A DNA stretch of 64,000 nt. It comes from Candidatus Eremiobacteria bacterium. Its GTDB lineage: Bacteria > Vulcanimicrobiota > Vulcanimicrobiia > Vulcanimicrobiales > Vulcanimicrobiaceae. Position numbers and translations under genes: made by a program. Of the stretch, positions 18,040 through 27,171 are shown piece after piece. Location: the NCBI GenBank assembly GCA_963737065.1, contig CAVTRC010000001.1, positions 480,001 to 544,000 of the forward strand, read 5' to 3'. The first letter of the stretch is position 1; each line of letters starts with the position of its first letter. The notes beneath the pieces are model-generated. The model saw only the letters and a list, made by a program, of their open reading frames with translations, was not told the DNA's origin and did no database searches.

Positions 18040-18288
18040 ATGGCAGCTGCGGGAAAGAAATCGCATGAACGGATGCTTCGGGAGCTTGAAAGATCGCAAA
18101 GCCACGAGATCGCTAACGCTGAGATCGTAACCGGGGAGCGTGGCGGAAGTGCTCCATTTTCGGTTCGCCTTAGTGCGCCGCTCCTTGAGCGACTTGATCG
18201 TATAGCGCGGCGTGAGAACCGCAAGCGCGGGAATCTAATTCAACACATTTTGTGGGAGTATGTTAGAGCCAGCGAAATGGACGCATAA
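18040..18288 (+). CDS. Ribbon-helix-helix (CopG-like) antitoxin
   Basis: FSVRLSAPLLERLDRIARRENRKRGNLIQHILWEYV; 7 nt downstream of the toxin stop. Confidence 0.8.
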   Translation: MAAAGKKSHERMLRELERSQSHEIANAEIVTGERGGSAPFSVRLSAPLLERLDRIARRENRKRGNLIQHILWEYVRASEMDA

Positions 18289-18600
18289 GCAACTATCTTC
18301 CACACAAAAGAGGACCGATTCACCCGATCCGCTCTCACGCGACGCCCTCGGCTTGGCTCCGCTGCGTGCTATTTTTTTGGATCGTGTTTTTTCTACACCA
18401 ACTGGTGACCTATATGGGACGATGCGCCGAATGTTGCGCGCGAGTCCGGACAGGCATACCGCTTGAGCGAACATGCCGGCATGGCTAGGCACTTACCGGC
18501 CGCGCCGTCTCGTCGACTCTTCGGCATTCCGCCGAACGCCACCGCCATCGCGGTGCGGCTCACGTAATGCCGGGTACCGAAACGCTCGGCACGATGCCAA

Positions 18601-18762
18601 TCACCCAGCCTGAATCGGTGTGATGCAGTGCCCGACGCCGTTCTTATTGCATTTGGGGCAATTCGTCGGGATACTGAACGCGGTTGCTCCTGCCGGCGGC
18701 TCGTTGCGAAGGCTGTCACCGTGCCACAGATGCTTGCACCAGAGGCATATTTTCTTTTCCAC
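18601..18762 (-). CDS. 53-aa Cys/His-rich putative zinc-binding microprotein
   Basis: Manual translation from GTG: MEKKICLWCKHLWHGDSLRNEPPAGATAFSIPTNCPKCNKNGVGHCITPIQAG; below the ORF-track cutoff. Confidence 0.55.
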   Translation of the reverse strand: MEKKICLWCKHLWHGDSLRNEPPAGATAFSIPTNCPKCNKNGVGHCITPIQAG

Positions 18763-18795
18763 GCTCTCAATATTCGGCACGGCGCTTTCGTCATT

Positions 18796-19242
18796 TTACC
18801 TGAGCGTTTGAACGAGCGCTTTGCGCAACTCCTGGGGCAACGGGCGGCTCTTCTTCGTCTCACGATCCATGCACGCGACGGTCAGCGACATTACGGCTGT
18901 CGCATGCTGCGTACGTTCATTGAAAATGACGGTCTTCCAGCGTACGCTCGAACCGCCGACCTTCTCGAGATGCGTGCGCATGCGAAGCCAATCGCCCATC
19001 AGCGCGGGCGCGTGATACTCCGCTTCGGCACGTACGCGCGGCAACCAAAAGTCGAGTTCATCGAAGATCCGCTCATACGGAAATCCGAGTTCGCGGAACA
19101 TTTCCATTTCAGCGTATTCCGCGAACCGCCAGTACGTCGGAAAGTACATGATGCCGGCGATATCGACATCCGCCCATTGCACCGGTAATCGGGCTTCGAA
19201 AACGCGCGCGTTTTCCGGCAGTGTGTCTTTGAATCGCGTCAC
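18796..19242 (-). CDS. Hotdog-fold acyl-CoA thioesterase (4HBT/YbgC family)
   Basis: VQWADVDIAGIMYFPTYWRFAE, AEYHAPA, SRPLPQELR; GTG start overlaps the ribE stop. Confidence 0.9.
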   Translation of the reverse strand: MTRFKDTLPENARVFEARLPVQWADVDIAGIMYFPTYWRFAEYAEMEMFRELGFPYERIFDELDFWLPRVRAEAEYHAPALMGDWLRMRTHLEKVGGSSVRWKTVIFNERTQHATAVMSLTVACMDRETKKSRPLPQELRKALVQTLR

Positions 19243-19853
19243 GCGTTCGCGTCCTTCGACAAGCTCAGGATGACACTTGCGGCGTAGCGCGCCAGCGGGT
19301 CGGCTTCGAGGTTGACCAGCGATCCCGCAACGCGATCCGCGAGAGTCGTGCGCGCCAGTGTTTCGGGAATGAGTGCCAATTCGAACCACCCGTCGCCGGC
19401 GCCCGCAACCGTCAGGCTCACGCCGTCGACTGCGATGAACGCTTTGTCGACGATCATTGGTGCAAGCGACGGCGGGCGCTCGACGCGCAGGCGTTCGCCT
19501 TGACCTTCCGGCGCGCGCGAAAGCACGTGCGCCGTAGCGTCGACGTGACCGTACACGAAGTGGCCACCGATTCGATCGCCGACGCGCAGCGAGTATTCCA
19601 GGTTCACTCGATCGCCTGGCTCCAATGCATCGAAATTGCTCCGTGCGATCGTTTCTGGAACCACGTCGAAACGAAGGCATTCGCCTTCAATCGCCGTGAC
19701 CGTCAAACACACGCCGTTGACTGCGATCGAATCTTTGACTGCCGGCTTCTCGTTTGCGACGCCCTCACATGCGAGGACGAGCGTCATCCCGCCGTTTGCG
19801 AGCCGCTCGCGTGACACGAGCGTTCCGCGGTAACTGATCAGTCCACTAAACAT
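19239..19853 (-). CDS. ribE: Riboflavin synthase (alpha chain)
   Basis: [48 protein letters not shown]. Confidence 0.96.
   Translation of the reverse strand: MFSGLISYRGTLVSRERLANGGMTLVLACEGVANEKPAVKDSIAVNGVCLTVTAIEGECLRFDVVPETIARSNFDALEPGDRVNLEYSLRVGDRIGGHFVYGHVDATAHVLSRAPEGQGERLRVERPPSLAPMIVDKAFIAVDGVSLTVAGAGDGWFELALIPETLARTTLADRVAGSLVNLEADPLARYAASVILSLSKDANA
19251..19275. repeat. Single REP-like unit embedded in the ribE 3' end
   Basis: GTCCTTCGACAAGCTCAGGATGACA, translating as VILSLSKD / CHPELVEG, which I recognise as a widespread REP-like repeat. Confidence 0.55.
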
Positions 19854-20937
19854 CGAAAAGCCCGCTTATCACAACGTCACAGCCGATCTGGTCCATGCGG
19901 TCGAACCGCAACCTGCGCCGCAGCGTCGCAAGGTCGGCCCCGGCGAGTACCGGCACCGCAGCCGGTGCCGTCAATAGCACCGGTGCAATTGCCCAATAGA
20001 AGCGGTCGACGATGCGGGCTGCAATCGTCCTCGCAGCGAGCGTCGGTCCGCCTTCGCAGAGGACGCTTTGCACGCCGCGCTCACGCAGCGCGATCACGGC
20101 GTCGCGCAAGTTTAATTGCGACTCGTCGGCACTGCCTACAAACACGACGTCGGCAACTCCGCGCAGATTCGCAAAACGCTCCCGCGCGCCGTTCGGCGCG
20201 AGCACGATCGTCGTTGCATAGCCTTCGATGGGGGCGAATACGCGGCTGTGCTCCGAAACGCTGTCCGTTTCGCAGGCGATGATACGTTTGAACGGCTGCA
20301 GACGATGCGACGGCGGCCGCACGGTCAACTGCGGATCGTCGACACGCACCGTTCCCGCGCCGACCATGATTGCATCGTACGCGATGCGCAGATCGCGAAC
20401 GTAGAGGCGCTCTTCTTCACTCGTGATCCACTCTTGCACGCCGGGTTGCGACGTGATCCGTCCATCGAGCGACATCGCCATCTTTAGTGCGACGAACGGA
20501 CGGTCATGCGTTACCGCGTACGCAAAGGGCTCGATCAACTGGTGCGCTCGCGGCTCGTCGACGAGCTCGATTGCAATGCCGGCCTCGCGCAGCGCGTCGA
20601 TTCCGCCGCCGCTGGTCTTCGGATTCGGATCCCGCGTACCGATCACGACGCGCGCAACACCCGCTTCAATCAATGCGCGCGAACACGCCGGCGTCCGTCC
20701 GATATGGTTGCACGGTTCGAGTGTGACGTACACCGTTGCCCCGCGCGCGTCACCGGCTTGCGTCAGCGCGTTCGCTTCGGCATGCGGGTCGCCCGCGCGG
20801 TGATGATAGCCCTCACCGATGACGCGGCCGTCGCGCACGACGATCGAACCGACCGCCGGATTCGGTGACGTTGACCCAATGCCACGAGCCGCGAGTTCGA
20901 ACGCGCGGTCGAAGAAGAGCTGGTCGAGCGGACTCAC
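19846..20937 (-). CDS. ribD: Riboflavin deaminase/reductase
   Basis: [52 protein letters not shown] start overlaps the comF stop. Confidence 0.96.
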   Translation of the reverse strand: MSPLDQLFFDRAFELAARGIGSTSPNPAVGSIVVRDGRVIGEGYHHRAGDPHAEANALTQAGDARGATVYVTLEPCNHIGRTPACSRALIEAGVARVVIGTRDPNPKTSGGGIDALREAGIAIELVDEPRAHQLIEPFAYAVTHDRPFVALKMAMSLDGRITSQPGVQEWITSEEERLYVRDLRIAYDAIMVGAGTVRVDDPQLTVRPPSHRLQPFKRIIACETDSVSEHSRVFAPIEGYATTIVLAPNGARERFANLRGVADVVFVGSADESQLNLRDAVIALRERGVQSVLCEGGPTLAARTIAARIVDRFYWAIAPVLLTAPAAVPVLAGADLATLRRRLRFDRMDQIGCDVVISGLFDV

Positions 20938-21536
20938 GCCCTCCCGTTCGCGACGGCGATAACGAATGCTTTTGCAACGCGAGCGCCGGCCGCGCGCAAC
21001 ACGCCGGCACAATCTTCCAACGTCGCGCCGGTCGTGCACACATCGTCGACAAGCGTCACCGCAACATCGTCGACGAGATCGCTCGGGCAAAGGAAGCGTC
21101 CGCGTGCCGAAAGCCGCTCGATTCGGTTGCGGCCGCGTTGCGTCTCGCGCGCGATGCAGGTCAGCACCGACAGCGTTGCGGCACCCGCGCGGATGCCCGC
21201 CACGCTCGAGATGAGCTCGATACCGTCGAAACCGCGAACGCGCCGGCGCGCGGCCGTTGTCGGAACGGGCACGAGCACATCATCCGGCCGAATCATCGCC
21301 GCCATCCGGGACGCGAGCGCCTCAGCCACGTCGCGCCGTCCGTCTTTCAACGCGTGCACGGCCGAACGCAACGGCCCTATGAAGTCGCCGAGCGCTACGA
21401 CATCGAGCGTGGCTAAACGGCGCTCGACGAACGGCGCGCGGAACGGCACGCACGCCTCGCACAATCCGCTGCCTTGTTTCATGCAGCCCGCGCACTGCTC
21501 GGGGAAGAGAACATCGATGAGCCGGTGGTACATCAC
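20934..21536 (-). CDS. comF: ComF family phosphoribosyltransferase-like protein
   Basis: LFPEQCAGC...[24 protein letters not shown]. Confidence 0.88.
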   Translation of the reverse strand: MMYHRLIDVLFPEQCAGCMKQGSGLCEACVPFRAPFVERRLATLDVVALGDFIGPLRSAVHALKDGRRDVAEALASRMAAMIRPDDVLVPVPTTAARRRVRGFDGIELISSVAGIRAGAATLSVLTCIARETQRGRNRIERLSARGRFLCPSDLVDDVAVTLVDDVCTTGATLEDCAGVLRAAGARVAKAFVIAVANGRA

Positions 21537-21571
21537 CCGCTCATTACCGTGAACGCGACGCCGTGGCTAGA

Positions 21572-22600
21572 CTAAATGGTTACTTCTTCATTCGCAACGA
21601 CCGCGCCGCTCAGCGACGCTGATGCTGGAACCTGATACGACTGACCGACGATCGTATCGCGAAGCGTCGCGCGTTCACCGACCCTCGAACCTTGCCAAAT
21701 GATGCTCGCGTCGAGCATGGCGCCCGGTTCGATCCGAACGTCGTCACCGATGACGGACGGCCCGGTGACGCGAACGTTTGCGCCGACGTCAGCCCGCGCA
21801 CCAACCCAGACGTTGTCGCCAATTCGCGCGGAACGGTGAACTTGTGCACTCGGGTCGACTCCATTTGCACGCGTTCCCGGGATACGAAACCGCGCGTTCA
21901 CGACGTCCGCGCTTGCACGCCGATACTCATCGGGCGTTCCGATGTCGCACCAATACGCGCCGCGCGCGTCGTATCCGTAAAACGGCTTCCCGTCCTCGAG
22001 CAGTTCGGGAAAGACTTGTTTCCCAAAGTCGTAGAACTCGTTCGCCGGAATGCGATCGAAAATTTCCGGCGAAAATGCGTAGATTCCCGTGTTAACGAGT
22101 TTGCTGCGCTCCGTCCCCCGTGCAGGCTTCTCTTGGAATCCCGTGATCCGTCCGTCACCGTCGACGACCACGACGCCGTATTGATCGACGTTCGGACGCT
22201 CGACGAGACCGATCGTTGCCACCGCGCGCTTTTCTTCGTGCATCCGCACCAATCGATCGATGGGAAGATCCGTAAGATCATCGCAGCCCACGACGACAAA
22301 ATTGTGGTCTCCGAAAAAGCGCTGCAATGGCTTCACCGCGCCGGCGCTTCCCATCAGTACCTCCTCGTGTAAGTATTCCAGCCGCACGCCGAACGCGGAA
22401 CCGCTGCCGAGTGTCTGCACGATCGCATCTGCCAGATAGTGGACGTTGATTGCGATCTCGTCGTAGCCGTATGATTGCAAATAGCGGATCAAGTGAACGG
22501 CATTCGGAACGCCGGCGACCGGCACGAGCGGCTTCGGCACCGCTTTGGTAAGCGGGTAGAGGCGCGTCGAAAGACCGCCGGCAAGAATCATCGCCTTCAC
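21572..22600 (-). CDS. NDP-sugar pyrophosphorylase with left-handed beta-helix tail
   Basis: AMILAGGLSTRLYPLTKAVPKPLVP, FQEKP, YWCDIGT. Confidence 0.92.
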   Translation of the reverse strand: MKAMILAGGLSTRLYPLTKAVPKPLVPVAGVPNAVHLIRYLQSYGYDEIAINVHYLADAIVQTLGSGSAFGVRLEYLHEEVLMGSAGAVKPLQRFFGDHNFVVVGCDDLTDLPIDRLVRMHEEKRAVATIGLVERPNVDQYGVVVVDGDGRITGFQEKPARGTERSKLVNTGIYAFSPEIFDRIPANEFYDFGKQVFPELLEDGKPFYGYDARGAYWCDIGTPDEYRRASADVVNARFRIPGTRANGVDPSAQVHRSARIGDNVWVGARADVGANVRVTGPSVIGDDVRIEPGAMLDASIIWQGSRVGERATLRDTIVGQSYQVPASASLSGAVVANEEVTI

Positions 22601-23352
22601 GTATTGCTCATTCCCTTCCCGCGGCCAGTCCTTAACTGCTCGCGTAGTACGAGCCACACAAAATACGGAAGCGCGAGCTGGCGGCGTAAGCGTTGCGGTT
22701 CGCGAATCAAGCGATACAGCCACTCCAAGCCTAGCCGCCTCCAAACCTGCGGGGCACGCTGCACGCGGCCGCTCAGCACGTCAAACGAACCGCCGACACC
22801 GACGGCAGCACCGCACCCGGTCGCTCGCAAATTGCGCGCGAGCCACATCTCTTGCCGTGGCGATCCCAACCCCACGAAGAGCAAGCCCGCGCCGCTCGAA
22901 CGAATCGCTGCTACGATCTGCGGCTCGTCGTCCGATGCAAAGAACCCGTTGCGCATACCCGCGACCTGCAATCCCGGGAAGCGCGCCTCGAGAATCGACG
23001 CCGTATCTACTGCGACGCCTTGCGCGCCGCCGAAGAAATATACGCCGACACCGTCGCTTGCGGCACGCAGACAAAGACGCTCGACCAATTCAACACCCGT
23101 TACCCGGTCGCGCAGTTGCGCGCCTCGACCGCGCGCTACGGCGAGCAATCCCACGGTGTCGCAGAGCGAAAGCGCGCAGCCGTTCACGACGTTGCGAAAC
23201 GATGAGTCACGTTGCGCGTATACCACCATTTCGGTACCGAGCGTTACGATCTGCGCCGATGCACGATCGCGAACGAACTGCATGATGCGATCGCTCGCCG
23301 CAGCGGCATCGAGCAGATCGAGGCGGCATCCGAGGATCTCGATCGATTGCAC
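22597..23352 (-). CDS. WecB/TagA/CpsF family (GT26) glycosyltransferase
   Basis: RVTGVEL, FVGLGSPRQE, GVGGSFD, RAP, GLEWLYRLIREPQR. Confidence 0.94.
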   Translation of the reverse strand: MQSIEILGCRLDLLDAAAASDRIMQFVRDRASAQIVTLGTEMVVYAQRDSSFRNVVNGCALSLCDTVGLLAVARGRGAQLRDRVTGVELVERLCLRAASDGVGVYFFGGAQGVAVDTASILEARFPGLQVAGMRNGFFASDDEPQIVAAIRSSGAGLLFVGLGSPRQEMWLARNLRATGCGAAVGVGGSFDVLSGRVQRAPQVWRRLGLEWLYRLIREPQRLRRQLALPYFVWLVLREQLRTGRGKGMSNT

Positions 23353-23362
23353 GTAGTGAAGG

Positions 23363-24250
23363 TTAAGCGTGTGCGAGATATGGTGCCAGCAGTGGACGCA
23401 AGCGTTCCGCGACGGCATTCGGAGTTTCGTCGAGCGGCAAACGGCACGATCCGGCGCTAAAGCCCATCTGGTTCATCGCCCACTTGACGGCAATCGGATT
23501 GGTCGTTGCGAACAGCGCATCGATCAATGCGAGCAGCGAACGGTGAATTGAAGCCGCCTTCCGCGTGTCGCCGGATTGAAACGACGCGTGCAGCTCGCGA
23601 TACTCGCGCGAGCATAGATGCGATGCAACGCCGACCACGCCGTCGGCACCGACCGCTAGCGACGGCAAGAATAGGTGATCGTCGCCCGCCCACACCTTGA
23701 ATCCATCGCGGCGATCGCGCACAACGGTCGCAATCTGTTTAAGGTCGCCGCTCGACTCTTTGACGCCTGCGAGGTTACGGTGTCGCCGCATGAGTTCGAG
23801 GAGCGTCTCCGGCAGCATATTGGCCGCGGTGCGTCCGGGAATGTTGTACACGACGACCGGCAACGGCGTTGCATCGGCGATGGCGCCGAAGTATGCGAGC
23901 ATTCCGCTTTGCGTCGGCTTCACGTACGGCGGTACGACGACGAGAAGCCCGTCCGCGCCCGCAGCCTGTGCGGCGTTCGCTCCGGCGATCGTTGTGCGTA
24001 CGTCGTTACTGCCCACGTTGGCAATAACGGCTGCCCTTTCGCCCACGGCCTCTTTGATCGCGCGGAATAGGTCCGCACGTTCACTCGAATCGAGCGCCAT
24101 CCCCTCGCCGGTGGAACCGGCCACCACGAGACCGTCGTTACCGCGGTCCACGAGCCACCGCGCAAGCCGTTGCGCCTCCGCAACGTGCACGTTGCCGTGG
24201 CTGTCGAACGGGGTGACCATCGCCGTGATAATGGTGCCAAGGTCGTTCAT
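23363..24250 (-). CDS. dapA: 4-hydroxy-tetrahydrodipicolinate synthase
   Basis: TAMVTPF, GSTGE, YNIPGRTA, GVKESSGD, TNPIAVK. Confidence 0.96.
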   Translation of the reverse strand: MNDLGTIITAMVTPFDSHGNVHVAEAQRLARWLVDRGNDGLVVAGSTGEGMALDSSERADLFRAIKEAVGERAAVIANVGSNDVRTTIAGANAAQAAGADGLLVVVPPYVKPTQSGMLAYFGAIADATPLPVVVYNIPGRTAANMLPETLLELMRRHRNLAGVKESSGDLKQIATVVRDRRDGFKVWAGDDHLFLPSLAVGADGVVGVASHLCSREYRELHASFQSGDTRKAASIHRSLLALIDALFATTNPIAVKWAMNQMGFSAGSCRLPLDETPNAVAERLRPLLAPYLAHA

Positions 24251-25464
24251 GGCGTTTCTCCCTCGAGATGAAATTGATCGTGCACGGCCGCTTCGGCCTT
24301 CGCGACGTCGCCTTCGGGCACCAGTACGGAGATCGTGATGTTGCTGTCGGTGCAGTGGATGATCTCCACGTTCGCGCGACTCAACGCATCGACGACTTGA
24401 TGCACGACGCCCGGAAGACAGCGCATCCCCGTGCCGACGACGGAAATCTTCGAGCATCCTTCGCGAACGCGCACGGCGAGATTGAGGTCGCCGAGCAGTT
24501 CCCGCACGTCGGTGCCCCGATCGCCGCCCACGACAAACGCAACACCCGCTTGATTGATCGTCACTTGGTCGATGGAGATCGCAGCGGCAGCAATGCGACG
24601 AAACATTTCCAGTTCCGTTTCCATACGCCGCGTGGGATTTTCGATGTCACCGCGGATCACGCGGACCCACGTCACGCTTCCGGATGCCGTAACGCCGGTG
24701 ACGGGACGTTTCTCGTCGATACGCTCGTCGACGATCGTGCCGAGATCGGTCTGTAACCCCCTGATCGAATAGCGCAAGCCGCGCCGTTGCGCGTAGCTCG
24801 CCGCCTTGTGATGCATCACCTTCGCTCCGTGCTCCGCGAGCTCGGTCATTTCTTCGAGCGAGGCACAATCGATGACATGCGCGTTCTCGACGCGCCGCGG
24901 ATCGGCGGTCATTGCACCGCTCACGTCGGTGTAAATATCCACGCGTTGCGCACTGAGCGCATGGCCGAGAGCAATTGCGGAGAGATCGGTACCGCCGCGT
25001 CCCAGCGTCGTGATTTTTCCGTGCTCGCTCACGCCTTGAAATCCCGCAATGACCGGGACGACGTCCGCGTGCAGCAACGCGAGCACCGCGTCGGGTTCGA
25101 CGCGTAACACGTTAGCATCGCCGAATCGCTCGTCGGTGATAATGCCGGCCTGCGCGCCGGTTAGCGCGCGCGCGTTAACGTTCATCGCGCAAAGTTCTTG
25201 TGCGAAGAGCCCCGCCGAGATGAGCTCGCCGCACGCAAGCACGACGTCCGCATTCGGCGTCCCGATCGTGCCGCCGATGAGCGCGAGCAGCGTGTCGGTC
25301 GCGTACGGCGCGGGCGCGCGCCCCATCGCCGAGACGACCGCTACAGGAGCATAGCCGGTTTGGCGTGCGTCGAGAATACGCGCAAACGCGACCTCGCGCT
25401 GTTCGCGGGTCGCAACCGACGTGCCGCCGAATTTGAGGACCGCAATTTTCGCCGTCACATTCAC
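24247..25464 (-). CDS. dapG: Aspartate kinase (DapG/LysC type, ACT domains)
   Basis: VLKFGGTSV, VVSAMG, TTLGRGGTD, IYTDVSG.MTADPR, GAKVMH; lies between asd and dapA. Confidence 0.88.
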   Translation of the reverse strand: MNVTAKIAVLKFGGTSVATREQREVAFARILDARQTGYAPVAVVSAMGRAPAPYATDTLLALIGGTIGTPNADVVLACGELISAGLFAQELCAMNVNARALTGAQAGIITDERFGDANVLRVEPDAVLALLHADVVPVIAGFQGVSEHGKITTLGRGGTDLSAIALGHALSAQRVDIYTDVSGAMTADPRRVENAHVIDCASLEEMTELAEHGAKVMHHKAASYAQRRGLRYSIRGLQTDLGTIVDERIDEKRPVTGVTASGSVTWVRVIRGDIENPTRRMETELEMFRRIAAAAISIDQVTINQAGVAFVVGGDRGTDVRELLGDLNLAVRVREGCSKISVVGTGMRCLPGVVHQVVDALSRANVEIIHCTDSNITISVLVPEGDVAKAEAAVHDQFHLEGETP

Positions 25465-26435
25465 GTCTGGACGAACCCGCGGGCGAGCAGAAGTTCGAGA
25501 ATCTGCACGCCGTTCGTGGCCGCGCCCTTGCGCAGCTGATCTCCGGCGCACCACAAGACGAAATGACGTTTTGAGCCTTCGTCTTCACGGCGAAGACGTG
25601 CGACGTGCACCGCATCTTGTCCCTCGACGTCACGCGGCGTTACGATGCCGTCGCGATGAAAAACGACCCCCGGCGCGCGTTCCAGTGCCATCGCCAAGTC
25701 GTCCACGCTCGTATCGCGATCGGTTTCCACCCACACGGCTTCGGAATGCGCGGTACGCACGGGAACGCGCACGGTCGTTGCGCTCACCATCAACGCCGGC
25801 AGCCCGAGCATCTTGCGCGTCTCATCGCGCACTTTTTCTTCTTCTGCGCAGTAGCCGGTCGCATTCACGCGCCCGACTTGCGGAATCACATTGCGCGCAA
25901 GCCGCGCGGGAAAGGTGTTCGGCGGTGGCTCTCCTTCGCCGTTCACGACCGCGCGTTCGCCGGCGAGCAATTCGTCGAGGCCCGCGCGCCCTGCACCGCT
26001 TGCGGCTTGGTACGTCGCAACACGGACGCAACGCAATCCCGCTACGTCGCGCACCGGAGCGAGCGCGGTGCACAAAATGATCGCAGTGCAATTGGCGACG
26101 GGGAAAAGCCGGTGTTGACCGCGGACCACGTTCGCATTGACTTCCGGGATGATAAGCGGAACATCGTCGCGCAGGCGGAAGGTGGAACTGTTATCGATGA
26201 CGACCGCTCCGCGTTCGATCAGGGCGGGCGCGTACGCCTCACTCGCGTCTTCGCCGCTCGCGAAGAAAACAACGTCGTAGGCCCGCAGCGCATCGGCGCT
26301 CGCGACTTCGATGCCGTCTCGCGCACGCGACGCAAACTTCCCGATCCGCTCAACCGGAACGCGCCGCTCCGCCAACACGCGCAATATCGTCTCACCGACG
26401 ACACCCGTCGCTCCGACGACTGCTACGCTAACCAT
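25461..26435 (-). CDS. asd: Aspartate-semialdehyde dehydrogenase
   Basis: VVGATGVVG, IDNSSTFR, ANCT, TYQAASGAG, VRVPVRTAHSE, DQLRKGAATN. Confidence 0.96.
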   Translation of the reverse strand: MVSVAVVGATGVVGETILRVLAERRVPVERIGKFASRARDGIEVASADALRAYDVVFFASGEDASEAYAPALIERGAVVIDNSSTFRLRDDVPLIIPEVNANVVRGQHRLFPVANCTAIILCTALAPVRDVAGLRCVRVATYQAASGAGRAGLDELLAGERAVVNGEGEPPPNTFPARLARNVIPQVGRVNATGYCAEEEKVRDETRKMLGLPALMVSATTVRVPVRTAHSEAVWVETDRDTSVDDLAMALERAPGVVFHRDGIVTPRDVEGQDAVHVARLRREDEGSKRHFVLWCAGDQLRKGAATNGVQILELLLARGFVQT

Positions 26436-27153
26436 CGCGCTCACGCTGAGCCGCTCGCAGCGCATCGACGTCTAACCCGACGTGTAAGCCGGTCACGTTC
26501 GTCACCGCGCGGACGGCGGCACGCATACCCGGCACGAATGACTCGCGCGAGAACGAATCGTGACGAATCGTCAGCACCTCGCCGTCCGTCCCGAACAGCA
26601 CTTCTTGATGCGCCAGTAATCCGCGTAAACGCACGCTATGAATTGAAACCTCGGCGGGACCGCCGGCTTGAGTAATGCGTTCCGCGGTGAGCCGGGCAGT
26701 ACCCGAAGGTGAGTCTTTCTTTTGGTCGTGATGCAATTCAATGATCCCAATACTGGGAAACAGCTTCGCCGCTTCTTCGGCAAAGCGCATCATCAGCATT
26801 GCTCCAATCGAAAAATTCGGTACCAGCATCGCGCCGATGCCGCGTTCGCGCGCGGCCGCATCGAGCGCCTCGCGCTCGGCCTCACGCCATCCCGATGAGC
26901 CGATGACCGGGCGCACGCCGTGCGCGAGCGCATCCATCGAGACCGTGAATGACGACGGTTGCGTCGTGAAGTCCAGCAAAACGTCCGGCTTCTCGGCCGC
27001 GAACAACTCGTGCAAGTCGTCGACGATTCGTTCGTCCGGCGCGCGCGTACGTGCAAAACCACCGGCGTACACAACGCCGGCGGTCATTTGCATTGCTCGA
27101 ACGGCGACACGGCCCATACGGCCCAACGCGCCGGCAACAGCGACGCGTGTCAT
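26428..27153 (-). CDS. dapB: 4-hydroxy-tetrahydrodipicolinate reductase
   Basis: GALGRMG, DFT, PNFSIG, ELHHDQKKDSPSGTA, IHSVRL. Confidence 0.96.
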   Translation of the reverse strand: MTRVAVAGALGRMGRVAVRAMQMTAGVVYAGGFARTRAPDERIVDDLHELFAAEKPDVLLDFTTQPSSFTVSMDALAHGVRPVIGSSGWREAEREALDAAARERGIGAMLVPNFSIGAMLMMRFAEEAAKLFPSIGIIELHHDQKKDSPSGTARLTAERITQAGGPAEVSIHSVRLRGLLAHQEVLFGTDGEVLTIRHDSFSRESFVPGMRAAVRAVTNVTGLHVGLDVDALRAAQRERDG

Positions 27154-27171
27154 GACGTCTCTCGGGTCTCC

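Noticed and set aside
18289..18600. ORFs 18235-18492, 18260-18466 and 18393-18863
   Set aside because: Arg/Ser-rich, no motifs, overlap better-supported genes.
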